Source: Chiloscyllium plagiosum
Lineage: Eukaryota
Reading direction: 5' to 3'
Assembly (NCBI RefSeq): GCF_004010195.1
Contig: NC_057718.1
Location: 46,497,236-46,561,235, forward strand
Length of the DNA stretch: 64,000 nucleotides
The notes beneath the pieces were generated by a model. The model saw only the letters and a list, made by a program, of their open reading frames with translations. It searched no databases and was not told the origin of the DNA. Made by a program: the position numbers and the translations under genes. This document shows positions 47,711 to 60,038 of this stretch, in pieces (positions within the stretch are counted from its first letter, which is position 1; the number at the start of each line of letters is the position of its first letter).

Positions 47711-48301
47711 TGAAGTACTGGAATTTAGTCTTGGATTTGTTTTTTAAATTCACTCGCACTCTTTCTCCAATCCCCTAAACAGATAAAACTTACCAGGAAT
47801 CATCAAGCAGTAAGTACTTACTACTTGTGTCTCTTTCAAACTCCAGCTACCTGGTGGTAAACAATCATGGGGAGTCAGAAAAACAGTAAGGCTTTTAGAA
47901 TACATCTGTTAAAATAGTCAGCCATGACAACTTTTAAAAACCTCGTTCTTGGGCAGGCTACATAAGAACAAGGAACAGGAGTTGCCCCTTTAGCCCCTCA
48001 AACTGCTCTGTCATTTAATAAGATTGTAGTTACTCTGAACACCGTTCCTGCCTAGCCCTGATAACTTTTCACCATGTTGCCTACCAAGAATCTAACCACC
48101 TCTGCCTTCGAAACATATTCAAGACTCAGATTCCACCTGCTTTTCAGTCCTGCCCTTCCTTGAGTCAAGTTTGTCACAGCTACAACATCTCCACCCAAAA
48201 CCCACCAATCCTATTTTGCTGTATTCCACATGCATACACGGCAACCTTAACTTCAATTTTATTTTCCCCCTTTCTCAACTCAAATAATAACTGACTCATG
48301 T

Positions 48302-48635
48302 TGGCTCAGTGGTTAGCACTGCTGCTTCACAGCACCATGGACCCCGGTTCAATTCCAGCCTCAGGCGACTGTCTGTGTGGAGTTTGCACATTCTCCCCAT
48401 GTCCGGTGGGTTGCTTCCGGGTGCTCCGGTCTCCTCCCACAATCCAAAGATGTGCAGGTTAGGTGAATTGGCCAGGCTAAATTGCCCATAGTGGTCAGGG
48501 TGTGTAGATTAGGTGCATTAATCAGGGGAAACATAGGCATGGGGAATGGGTCTGGGTGGGTTATTCTTCAGAGTATTGGAGTGGACTCGTTGGGCCAAAT
48601 GGTCTGTTTCCACACTGTAGGGATTCTATGACTCT
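48302..48635 (+). mobile_element. HE1-type V-SINE
   Basis: tggctcagtggttagcactgctg, ggttcaattcc, V-domain and tail gggattctatga. Confidence 0.92.
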
Positions 48636-48899
48636 ATAATTCTGTCTCTACTCTAATACCATTAATCACTTCCAGTATCCTGTGTACCTTGATGTTCCTT
48701 TTATCCTTGGTTTCTTTGAAGAGAGCTCTTAAAGTCAGAGATGCTGAAGAGTGTAGGAAGTTTAACAATGGAAGGGGAGTGGCCAGTTCTCCCAGTACAA
48801 GTTTTCTCGAGCTTGTTTTAGCTGTAGCAGTCACTAGATGTTAGAGTCCAGAAGCATTGCAATCTTCAGTAATGGATTCCTCTGACTTTCTCTGAAATC

Positions 48900-49232
48900 C
48901 TGGCTCTAAGAATCAGTGTTTGAATTTATCTTTTTGCCAGAGGGGGTTGTGTTTACGGGATGTAACTGTATTAGAACAGTTATAGTTACTGCATCAGTTC
49001 AGTGACATTTTCCAATAGTTAAGTTATTCTAAATTCCACTCTCTTTTGTTCATGTTTCAATTGTAGTGTTTAACTAAATTCTGTTTAGCTTAAAGCCAAG
49101 TGGTTTGACCAGGTGCATCACACACCTGGGAATACCCACTTCACATCTATCTTTAAAATAAAGGAAAAAAAAAGTTAGGGTCTTGGCTATCCTTGTAAAA
49201 TATTTTGAGGGGTTCTGGGCCTGTCTTACATA
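48900..49232 (+). mobile_element. LTR 3' fragment related to 46442-47082
   Basis: Shared blocks tttttgcca.agg, agttaagttattctaa, aaaagttagggtct.ggcta and aatattttgagggg.tctgg. Confidence 0.6.
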
Positions 49233-52133
49233 ATCTCCTGTCTTCCACTTTCCTGCCAAAGTAATTTAATCCCTTCTTAACAACACTAGCAAATCACAAG
49301 GAAATTTGTCCCAGCTCTGTATAGTGGAGGAGTTTTTGAGCACTCAGCAAAGCCACAGGATACATTTCACTTAATATACTGTTTTAAAATCTGCTAGATC
49401 GCTTGAAATAGCCACTGGGAAATTAAAGACATTTCCAGTAGATTTCCACCAATAATCAGGAGTACTGCAACGTTAGTTGTGTTAAACACTGTGGAATCAG
49501 TCAACACTCACAGTTACAACTTCATATTGGAGGAAAAATGATTAATAAAAATGCTGTGACAGGGTAGCCTTGTGTTAGTGTTCCTGCGAACAGTAATCAA
49601 AAGGACTGGACTAATACTCCAGAGAGAAGTTCAATTCCCACCAAAGCATCAAGTGACATTTAAAATTAACTTAAGTAAATTTGAACTAAAATGTTAGACT
49701 TAATAATAAATAATGACCATCAAACTGTCAGATCCTTCTGAAAAATACTAATGCTCAGGCAACTTGTGATCTTTATTTGCTCCAGTCACACCAACTGCCC
49801 TCTGAAGTGACTTGGCAAACCACTTGGTTCTACTAAACTGCCAAAGAAATGTGAGAAAGGACAATCTGGGCACAAGAAATGACAAGCACACAAACTGCTC
49901 AGATAACCTTACAAAGTCCTTTCTAACAGCTGGATTTACACCAAAATTGGAAGAACTGTGCCACAAACTATTCAAGCAACAGCATAACACAGTCAGTAAT
50001 ACTCATTTGAAGCTTACCTTACAGAGAAAGTCTCAGACTCTTCCCTCATCTTCTCTGGATACATCCTGACCCATCAGCAGGACAGAGGGACCAAAGATAT
50101 GGGGCAGTGGTATACAGTCAGCAGGGAGTGGCCATCTTATCTCAACACTGACTCTGCATCCTACAAGTTCTTGTAGCTGCAGGTCAAACATGGTCAAGGA
50201 AACGTCCTGCTGAATACCACCTATTTCCTTTAGCTGATTAATCAGTGCTTTTCCTTGTTGAACAGCACATACAAGAATTGTTCAGGGTAGTAGGAACACA
50301 GAGGTAGTCAGGCAGGATGGGATTGGGAAATTCAATGTCCATTGCCCAGTACCACTACCGAACTAAAGGGTGGACATGACCGCGCGGGCCTCTGGCAGGT
50401 GACAAGATAATCAACAAAACGGAAACTTCTACTTGACTTTGCCCTTGTAAAGTTCTTTGGTGCCAACAATGCACAGCAAGTTGTAGTGAACAGGTCTTAA
50501 GAAATGCATTGGAATATTGCCCACAGCCAATGCTGTATCCAATTGCCAAACAATGGCATCCACAATGTTAAGGAGCTTGAGAGAAGATCTAGTTGAATCA
50601 CTTTTGGCTGATGATACTTGCAAACAGTTCACTTTCTCTTGTATGAAAGTGTTGGGCTCAAGTACGATTGAGGTTGAGGATCTGAGTACAAGAATTTGCT
50701 TTGATCTGTTAGTTGTGAGACTACACTGAACACTAAAAGCCTGTTACTTTAGTTGATTAGCATGCAGAGTGCCCTTTGTGGTGTAGCAACATGACTAAAT
50801 TCATACCTCATTTCACACAAATTAAAATCGAGCAATAACATTGAAATCATTACTTGACAAACCTCTTTAAAAGCATCCACAGTCTCTTCAAGTTAAACAG
50901 ACCACAACTTCAACATTCACCACTGAACAAGTAGGTTTTAAAGGGCTCTTAAATGTGAAGCATCGCAGCATGCAGCACTAAAACATTTTCCTAATATCAT
51001 ATCCAAACCAAAACATCCACAAGATTAAGGATATTTAAATGTAATGCTTTTCACAAAATTAATGTATCATAAGATTAGAACTAAACACTGTTATCCATTA
51101 ATCAAATGATTACAATTCAGTGTTCAACATGAAACTGAAATTAAGTCACACCAACCCGTAATATACAGCCCAACATCAGAACTCGAGCTCTCAGCTGTAC
51201 ACTTGTCTTGCAGCTTTCAGTCACTTCCTGTCAGTCAGACACACATTTCTCTTCCTCACTTAAACATCGTTTCAAATATGAAACTTCCTACACTATAATG
51301 CAATAGATTATGAAGCAGAGCCAAATTCACCCCACGTATATCTTTAAGAAACAAGTTTAACTGTTTTTTCACTACTGGGACCTTATTTATTTACCAGCTG
51401 TAGTGGCTACACCTTTAACCAGATCATACCCCTCTCCTTCCCGTACTATAAAATAGATTGGGATAAGATCAACCAAAGGCAAATTCTAAATGTAAATTTT
51501 TGAATACTCCTGCGATTGTTAAAACAAAAGAAACATTTCAAAACAGACTTAGAACATGTACAAAAGCAAAATCACACATTCTTGGTCCACCATATATGAA
51601 CAGTAACCTCAAGGGTTAGAAGTTAAAAGACAGATTAGTAACACTCCCTCAAACACTGCCAGGTTGAGTGATAATAGTCATATAGGCACACACACTATTC
51701 AGAATACAACTACAACACTGCTGTTATCTGCATACAAATCCAAACACAGAAAGAACATTTATAATATAATGTCTGCAGCATCCAGCTACCTCACTCTTCA
51801 GATAGAACTATTTCAAGATTGCTTCATCTCAAAATGCTAATTGCCTTCAAAACGGCTGGTCTTTAGTCAAATCGTTAAGCAAAAAGAACACTTTTCTGAC
51901 TCCAAGCTACCAAAAAAAAAGTTACAGCATTCCTCCCCTAGATCGGATAGCCAATTTTCTATCAGTAAGAGCAGTTTCTGCACCCCCTCGTTTGCAGCCC
52001 ATTTCTTAGCTCAAAGCTTCCTGCTTTGAATTCAGCAAAAAAAAAGCCTCCTGTATTGTTTATTTTTTAATTGCTTAGTTTGTAAAACTGAACAAATTAC
52101 TTTTCTGAAAACAGAGCATATAACGGAACATAC

Positions 52134-52249
52134 CTTAAAGAATTCTTCAAGCTGTTTACTATTGTACAAGGCTGGAATATTAGCAGAGAACTGCAGGAGA
52201 TCTTCAGCACACTGTCTTCTCTCCTCAATCACTGTCTCATCGAAACGAC
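52134..52249 (-). CDS. RPS6KC1: RPS6KC1 internal exon, C-terminal part of the PX domain (116 nt, phase 1 to phase 0)
   Basis: Minus strand reads tttggttgcag|GT CGT TTC...TTT AAG|gtatgt. Translates (G)RFDETVIEERRQCAEDLLQFSANIPALYNSKQLEEFFK, near-identical to the RPS6KC1 PX segment as I recall it. Canonical AG/GT boundaries. Confidence 0.95.
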
Positions 52250-52454
52250 CTGCAACCAAATACAAAGTTACTTTTTTCTCTAATTTTATTTTGCAAATTT
52301 GATAGACTAGCTGTATTTTAGAAAACAAATCAATTGAAAATTTATGTCATAAAGTCAGTACACACTTAACAAACACTTATTCTCAAGTGCAAACATGAGT
52401 GAAACTATTCAAATTCATCTAAGTGTATTGCAGTCACAGGTCTTTCTGTGTTTT

Positions 52455-52612
52455 GACAAAAACAAAAATAGGAAGAGCTGGAAAAATTCAACAGGTCAGG
52501 CAGAACCAAAGAGTATTCAGACTCTGTTTCTCTGTCCAAAAAGACAGTCAGACCTGCTGAGTTTGTCCAGCATTTGGTTTTCGTTCGAAATTGCCAGCAT
52601 CTGCACTATTTC
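52455..52612. mobile_element. Old fold-back PLE-derived element
   Basis: gctggaaaaattcaacaggtc versus gacctgctgagtttgtccagc as inverted arms, then the tail ccagcatctgcac. Confidence 0.6.
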
Positions 52613-52749
52613 ACTTTTTTCTTTCTGTGCCGTAGTCCAGTCACCACAAACATAAAAATAGCAATGATGGAATTTAACCAAACAGCATATCATCCAAGGG
52701 ATACTGCCTCCATATTGGCCTCGACAACACTGCCCATGCTCAATAAAGA

Positions 52750-52930
52750 AAGTGAAAGTCACGGTAATCCCAGAGGACCACAGGGCTGTTCTCTCATGAG
52801 AGTTCAATCCAAGGCTCACCCCTCCTCAAGGCTGAACCTTGGTGATCTGATCTCGTACAGTAATTGAATGTTGCCGACATTACTCTCCATCGCAAACCAA
52901 CCTCCTAAGCAACTGATCTAACTGACCCCA
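52750..52930 (-). mobile_element. Old tRNA-derived SINE (family of 5298-5500)
   Basis: Reverse complement shares collinear blocks with 5298-5500. Confidence 0.6.
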
Positions 52931-54659
52931 CTGGCGTATCAATTAATAATAGTCTTATTGCTGCACTGGGTTGCAAGCTGTGGATAACATACAACAAATC
53001 AGAACACAGGTTCTCTCCCCCTATTCCTTGGAACTAGGTCTTGGCCAGATTAGAGAATTTGCCAAACCACAGGATATCACATGTCATGGACAGCTCTGGA
53101 CTTTTTTTTTAAAGACCATTCATTTGTCTCCCCTTTACTGCTATCCTGAAGAAGCTGATTCATACAAAGACATTTTCCTTGTTCCAAAATCAACTGGTAC
53201 ATAAATTCAGGTCTGTACTTAGGCTTAAGGGACCATGACTGCAAAGTTGAATCAGCAGTTAAATGCTGGAGAAACCTCCTTGCTGCACTGTGTAGTGCAT
53301 CTTCTTCAGAAAACAGAGTTATTGCGGATGCCCAACGCAGAGGGCCAGAATACGGAGGTATAGTCTGTAGTTCTTTTGCATAATTATTATCAATTTTTTT
53401 CAAAAAATGTTGTACAATGTATTGCATTATTTATTTTCTTCATACATTGCACATCAAGCCCTACAAAAACCTTAAGCATATTTCTTTGCGAAGTGGTAAA
53501 TGGGAGAACTCTGAAATTAATCTTTGCAGGAATACATGCAATGCCATTATTGGTTACTGAAGCAAAAAAAAAAAAAAAATGGAATTTTGGTTCCGTATCT
53601 TAAATCATCCAGAGCATGGTTCCCCCACCATCCCCTTCCTCCAACCCCAGAGACCAATATGGAACCTCCCGACACCTTTTTGAAATCAGTAGGTTGGCTC
53701 TCAAATGGGCCTCAAGTTAAAGCACTAACCAACAATTGAACAGAAAATAGGAAGACCAATATATGGACAAAAATTTCACAAACTATTACTCAATTCTTCA
53801 CACCAATTACAAAGTAAATACAGACCCTGTTGTAATGATGATTTTAAAATGTATTCCAGGGTGGCTGTGTGCAAATCACATCAATTTCTTTGTGAATATT
53901 CTACGTCCTTTAAAAAAGTACTGCACCATTTTAAAACTTCTAAGTTATTCAGAGTTTCATTTATGGGTCCATAACTGATTATCCTCAAGGTGGAGTTGGG
54001 CAGATGGTTACTTCATCGGGGAATCAGGGATATAGTGACCAGATGAAAAAATGACGAAACAGAAGATCAGTCATAAACCAATGAGGATCAAAGCAGGTAG
54101 CGAAACATATGGGACTACTTGTATTTACAGCCTCACAGTAAATTATTTCACTCATGTCCAGTACATGGTCACAAGATTAATATTTCTTTTGCAGTCTTGC
54201 ACTTTAACCTTGGACCTAATTCAACAGAATTTCTTTCTAAAGTCTATGTGCTACCTTGTTCCACAAAGAGGATCTTTCCTAAACTAACACTATTTGTTAG
54301 TATCCTCCATTTTCAGGAAGTTATTCAAGTGTTTTATTCAACCTTTTATGTTTGGAAGTTGGAAAAAGGAGCTAGACTGAAGTGCAGCGTCATGCCAGAA
54401 AACAAATGTTTTAATTTAATTTTGATACATTTCCATTGTAGTTCTAGAAGATTCTGCCAACTGTCTGGTTTTGTTTTTGTTACAATGCCCTTCCAGGGAA
54501 TGTTTAACTAGATTAAAAAGTTTGGTTTAAAAAAAAAGGGGAAAATTGGCTGTGTTCCCAACAGGAAGACCAGAATGTCTTGCCACCTGGGTCCACAGGC
54601 TTGGGACAATCAGGATCCAAGGGGGCAACTGCCGAAAGATAGTCCCCTATACTTCCTTA

Positions 54660-55441
54660 TGTTACATCACTGCAGTGAATCCTTCTGCTAATTAAACCAA
54701 ACACACAGAAAAGCTCACCTCGCCTTATAATCTGTTAAAGTATGAGTGACAGAGAACACCCCCAATTCCACTATTTAAAGAAAAATATCAACTTTATTAT
54801 TTAACTCTAAAAGTGAACATTAAACAACAACTATTTACAACTCTAAGCCTCCTTTATCTTAAAAGGTCCATTCGCTACTTCCAACTCTATAACAATAGAC
54901 TGATCCAATGAAAACCCTTATTAAAATTACATCAACTTAATTTTGAAAACCAGACAGCGACTGTCATCATCAACATCTGTCTTCTTTCAGCTGAAGATCT
55001 CTCTAGGCCATCTTCGATCATTTGCTGATGTTTCACATGAGAAAGGTACGTTTGATAGAGAGGGTTTGACTGGCCTTTACACCTGACGATGGCAGTTGGC
55101 ACTTTCTCTTTGGCTAAGTCTCCAAATGCTGGCTTCTTTTATACCCCAAACATTGGATAATCTCATTGGTTCGATGTTGTCATTACACTAAAATTCAAAT
55201 TTGATTGGGTTTTTAGTATCCTGGGGAATACTTTAAACTGGGTGGTTAAATTCAAACTGTTGGGAAAACATAGCAACCAAAAGTCAGGTATTTGTTTCAC
55301 AGCCAAATGATACATATTTTCAATTTTCCAGTGCACTCAGATGGCTAGTCAGTCACATGACACATGTGCCTGCAAGCTCTCCATGCAAAACAGCCTTCAC
55401 TCTCTCTTACAGGTACAGTACATGCCTTCAACTTCATAACA
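54660..55441 (-). mobile_element. Solo LTR (782 bp), Gypsy-like by termini
   Basis: TGTTA...TAACA inverted termini. Flanks ctta (54656-54659) and cttg (55442-55445) form a near 4-bp TSD. AATAAA on the minus strand at about 54793-54798. Confidence 0.7.
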
Positions 55442-56614
55442 CTTGGACACCAGCCCTCCCTATGACCCTTGCCCTGCAATCCACACCCTCCTTAAATAAA
55501 GAGAGACTAATGCACTCGCCAGTGCTGGTCATCATGGATGACAGCCTGGACCTCCGGCAATGTTCTCCAACCAGAAACCAGGTGGTTTAAAAGGGTTTTC
55601 ACAACTAACAAGTCCTTTCTACAAAACCGAATCTCAAGGCAAAAGGCTCAAATGTTTATGCTTGAATAGATGTGTGGCACAAATCACAGAAAGCCCCAAC
55701 CAGATGAAGGAGGAATTGTTTGACTGCTTAAATCCTGTTTGCACTGGGAACAGACTTTTGCCCTAAAAGCATTTAAAAGCTATGGCTAATTATGACCTGG
55801 TAATGCAGATATTGGTTAGATAATGCATGACTGACTACTAGGCACGTGAAATCCAAAAAGGCAATGCAGCCAAATTCAGATGAAGTCAATGAAAATGAAA
55901 TCTCTAGTGTAAAAAAAAATCAATAGAGAAATAAGCTATTAAGGCAGGATCTGGAATCAAAATTACGATTTCAATTATGCCATACAGCTCCTTTCAACAG
56001 ATGCAGTACTGCATTTGCTTTACAATGCTAGAGTTTTAAAAGGGAAGAGAATTAGTCACAACTGATTCTGTTACTACATTTGACCCAAATGTGCAGATCT
56101 CAAAACTGGAGATATAAAAATATGGTCACAAATAGCATTTGCTAAATATTAACATTATCCTTAAAGCTGTCGTTTTCATTCCAAGGCACATTATATATGG
56201 AGCTTTATAAAAATAAATACATACATTGCAAGGTACAAGTCAAAATCGACAGATGACAACCCTATTTTTCTGGCCCAAAAAACCATTTGGATGTACCTGG
56301 TATATAAGCCAAACACACGTTCCAATATTGACCAATCTTTCATTTGCATTAGTAATTAGCCTCACCCTGCAAATGCATATCTGACTTTAGAACTGGATAT
56401 AAAAGGATCAAACAGGTGACATGGGTTTGGTTGTGAAGATGTGCAGAAGTTTAAGGTACATCCGCTTTTTGCGATCAGGTGTCGATGACACTTCAAAAAT
56501 AACACACACCCAAATCTACAGCAGAAATTCACTTTCATATTTAAATGCATTACTTGATTCCCAATATTTTTTTGGGGGGGGGGGCGGAAAAGAGACGCTT
56601 TTTCAAAGATTAAT

Positions 56615-56725
56615 TTGATTCGATTAATTATTGTCATATGTACGAGATACAGTGAAAAGTATTGTTTTGTGTGCTTTGCAGGCAAATCATACCTTACATA
56701 ATTACATCGGGTAACAGAACAGAAC
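56615..56725 (-). mobile_element. 3' tail of a non-LTR retroelement (possibly Rex/Babar-type)
   Basis: Minus strand reads cttttcactgtatctcgtacatatgacaataattaatcgaatcaaat. Family assignment is from memory only. Confidence 0.4.
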
Positions 56726-59299
56726 ATATCGTAGAATTGTACAGAATTTGAGCGACTTCTAAACCATGTACAGTATTAAAGGGTAATAACTGCGGCACCT
56801 TTAAAAACTGACTAAATGATACGGAGATTTGATGTATCGTCGGATGCTGGTTAATGGTACGTCTACACAGTCTAGTACGTCTCTATCAAGTCACCTTTCA
56901 ATCCTCTTCTCTCTAACAAAAACAGCCTCAAGTCCCTCAGCCTTTCCTCATAAGACCCGAAACAACACACTGAACTCAGCACTGCAGCTTTCGAATACAG
57001 TTCTCTCAAATGTATTGAGATGATGTACGATACCAACAAAAGAAGGGTGAATCTGCAAGCAATAGAGATTTATCCTTTGAGTGGTAAACATTAGTGGAGA
57101 GATTACAAAAGAGAAAATATTATGTGAAAAACTCTAGTGCTCATCTTTACATTGTTATTTAGAATACTTTCACCTAGAAGACTTTATCTTGACTTAAATT
57201 TATTTTCTCACAATTTAGAATTCAAACAATTAGCAGCTATTTAAAAATCTGGAATTAAATGAAGATGATACTCAGTAAATGAAACAAGTGCTCAAGTGGT
57301 AGACCTTACATAATTGTCTCAGCACAAAAATGTTTTTATTTTAATGAATATACCAGTGTCCAGGAGCACAAAGGACTCATTTATTCCATCAGCTTATTTT
57401 TGACCATAATCATCTCATTGACCTGACAAAATAAGCTTTGGAGATCAAGCAAATAGATATTGATGTTTGTATCTTAAAAGATCTGCATTCACTACAGGAA
57501 AGCTCATGGGAGGAGTAAATGATGACCTTGTATAAAGTAGCTTATGCCATTTTGTTGCTGGCCAAAGCATTCGTCACAATTTTCACATACCAGACTAGTC
57601 AGCAAGAAAACAGAACAGATAGCAAGGAAGCTGTAACTAAAGAAGGGATGAGGCAAATAAAACAGAAGCAGCTGAAACATAAGGAATAGAAGAAATAAAT
57701 GTTAAGAGATAAAAGATTCCATAAATAGTCATTAAAAGAGAATAGCACTGACCGTAAAGTAACCCAGATCCAACTAAAGATTTGGTTTAAAGCAGAAGTT
57801 AGTCACAAGAAATTAGTGTTCAGTTCACTTACAGCTTTTCTCAGACATTTTTTTTTTTAAGATCCACTCTGAGGATGTGGGCATCACTAGTAAAGTGGGC
57901 ATTTATGATCCATCATTGTCAGTGACCTGGCCAGTAATTACAGTAATGTTTGATTACACATTGTACTTTTATGTCATCTCAGGAATAAATTAAATAATTC
58001 ATGGAAGCTGAAATAAATGAAAGTATGAGTGACCACGTACTGGGATTCTAGATGCATGACTGGTCTTGGCTGAATAGAATGCTGGCCGCCATTAATTACA
58101 GAGCGAAACAGACACTAAAATGTTCCTTGGCAGACTGTCTTCAAAGAAATGACAATTCTCAAGCAATGACAAGCTCTGAATGATGACCTCAACACCACCT
58201 CCCAACTGATCTTGTTATTCTGAAAAAAAAGATATAGCAGCGTAATCAAGTTTCGAGAACAGCTTTTCCAATGTTATGTTGAGTACAAATAAGCAAAGCA
58301 GCCTGTCTGCCTCATGCAAGCAACAGCAACATAACAATGCCTCATTACAGATACCAAATGGACCACTCCCTTAATCCTGAAGCTGTATAAAAATGAAATA
58401 ATCAATCATAGGACAGACCAAGAAATGGAGATATTAGAACGGAGGCAGAAACAAGAAGTTGAACGCCCAATGCTCACAAGGCAAAGCAGGAATATCAAGA
58501 TGTAAGAGATCTTGGTAGCTAGAATAAAGCCACCATAAGACAAAAATAAAAATGAATGCCAAAGAATTGAATATTTCTTATAATTTTTATTCCTGTCTTT
58601 TCTCTTGTAAATATATAGATTGATTGCTGACATGTCAGAAGTCCTGTGACATCTCATTGTTGCCATCTTTCATGCAACAGTTCAAAACAAATGTCAGCCA
58701 GTTATTGGACCATAACAGACACAATCAAGCTGAATTCAATCAACACAAACACACATATTTCACCACTCACTGAATAATAAACAAGAATGGGGATACTGAC
58801 TTCATTTCCATTAGATGAACTGGAAACTCCAGGGGCAACTGGTGTCCTCATACTCTCAGGGTTAAAACCAAGATCAGCTGATACAGAGTAGACTGGAGGA
58901 GCCTGTAATCTTTCTTATTAAATATATAGGTCAGCTCCTCGATGACTTAACCAACTGAACCATCAGAAGTTCATAAGGCTTTCTCAGTTTCCTAACTCCA
59001 TTATTGTACCAAATATTTAGAGATTCTCCGACAGCTGTATTTTTACATCCACATAAACACAGAAAGGGTGATCTTGGATGATTTTCTTTTCAGAAGATAA
59101 AATTTGAGAGACTTCAGGTATTCAGATCTACGATAATTTCTTTTTCGTTATATCCACGAACTCCTGCTGAGCCCCAGAAACAGCTGTAAACCAGGAAATG
59201 GAAGAGAGGGAGGAATTCAATAAAAACACCACCAGATAAGTGCTACCAAGCAGATTGTTGCAGCTGTGGGTGACAAGTCGCAGAATCCTGATGACCTTC

Positions 59300-59690
59300 A
59301 GCCTAGATATCGAATGAAGTGACGAATGAAATATTTGATGCACTAGTTTTAAATTTCCCAAACTCCCTAGATTCAGGGAAAATTCCATAAGATGGTAAAA
59401 ACAATGTGAATGTAACTCCTTTATTCAAAAATCAAAAGCTCACAGAAAGCAGGAAACTACAAGCCAATTAACTTAACATCTTCCCTGTGACAGATGTTAA
59501 AGTTATTATTAAAGACATTATACAGGTTTTTAGAAGAATTAATTGGCAAAGTGAACATGGTTTTATGGAAATGACATCATGTTTAACCAATTCTCTGGAA
59601 CTCTGAAGAAATAACTTGTACTCTACTTGGACTCCCAGAAGGCATTTGCCAAGATGTCAGATTAAAAGCTATAATTCAAAGCCTTTGGTC
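59300..59690 (+). mobile_element. Decayed CR1 RT fragment
   Basis: GNYKPINLTS and HGF..SCLTN remnants. Confidence 0.65.
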
Positions 59691-59819
59691 AGGTCAACAA
59701 ACAATGCAGGGATCCTTGCTCGGTTTGCAGAACTTTGCTTGAACTTGATCACATTGCTGTTGATGAGAAACAGTCAATGCCAAACTGGGATTCTGCATAC
59801 AGAGTCTGTAAGGTAAGTG

Positions 59820-60038
59820 CTGAAAATGTGTTGCTGGAAAAGCACAGCAGGTCAGGCAGCATCCAAGGAGCAGGAGAATTGACGTTTCGGGCATGAGCCC
59901 TTCTTCAGGAAGTTCCTGAAGAAGGGCTCATGCCCAAAACGTCGATTCTCCTGCTCCTTGGATGTTGTCTGACCTGCTGTGCTTTTCCAGCAACACATTT
60001 TCAGCTCCGAGCTCCAACATCTGCAGTCTTCACTTTCT
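59820..60038. mobile_element. Non-coding fold-back PLE mini-element (219 bp) with head-to-head hammerhead motifs
   Basis: 93-bp arms 59819-59911 and 59913-60005 with 4 mismatches and a 1-nt spacer. One-sided 33-nt tail. 15-bp TSD tctgtaaggtaagtg (59805-59819) / tctgtaaggtgagtg (60039-60053). Confidence 0.92.
59881..59908 (-). ncRNA. Minimal hammerhead ribozyme core, consensus-perfect, on the RPS6KC1 sense strand
   Basis: Minus strand reads CUGAAGA A GGGC ucau GCCC GAAA cg UC. Stem I is weakened by a substitution and by truncation at the palindrome centre. Confidence 0.7.

Noticed and set aside
46442..49232. Two LTRs of a single intact LTR element
   Set aside because: The copies are too diverged, the second lacks a clear 5' end, and the interior holds only SINE/CR1 pieces with no PBS, PPT or gag-pol.
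5702..52249. Assignment to SNX15 or RPS6KL1
   Set aside because: Both share the MIT domain and SNX15 also has PX, but RPS6KL1 lacks PX. The linker SSDSDL.SLTVD..DDGMASN and the exon phases fit RPS6KC1.
59805..59819. Consensus splice donor AAG|GTAAGT on + suggesting an antisense exon
   Set aside because: It is the TSD of the PLE element, lies within an old LINE fragment, and has no supported upstream acceptor or ORF.
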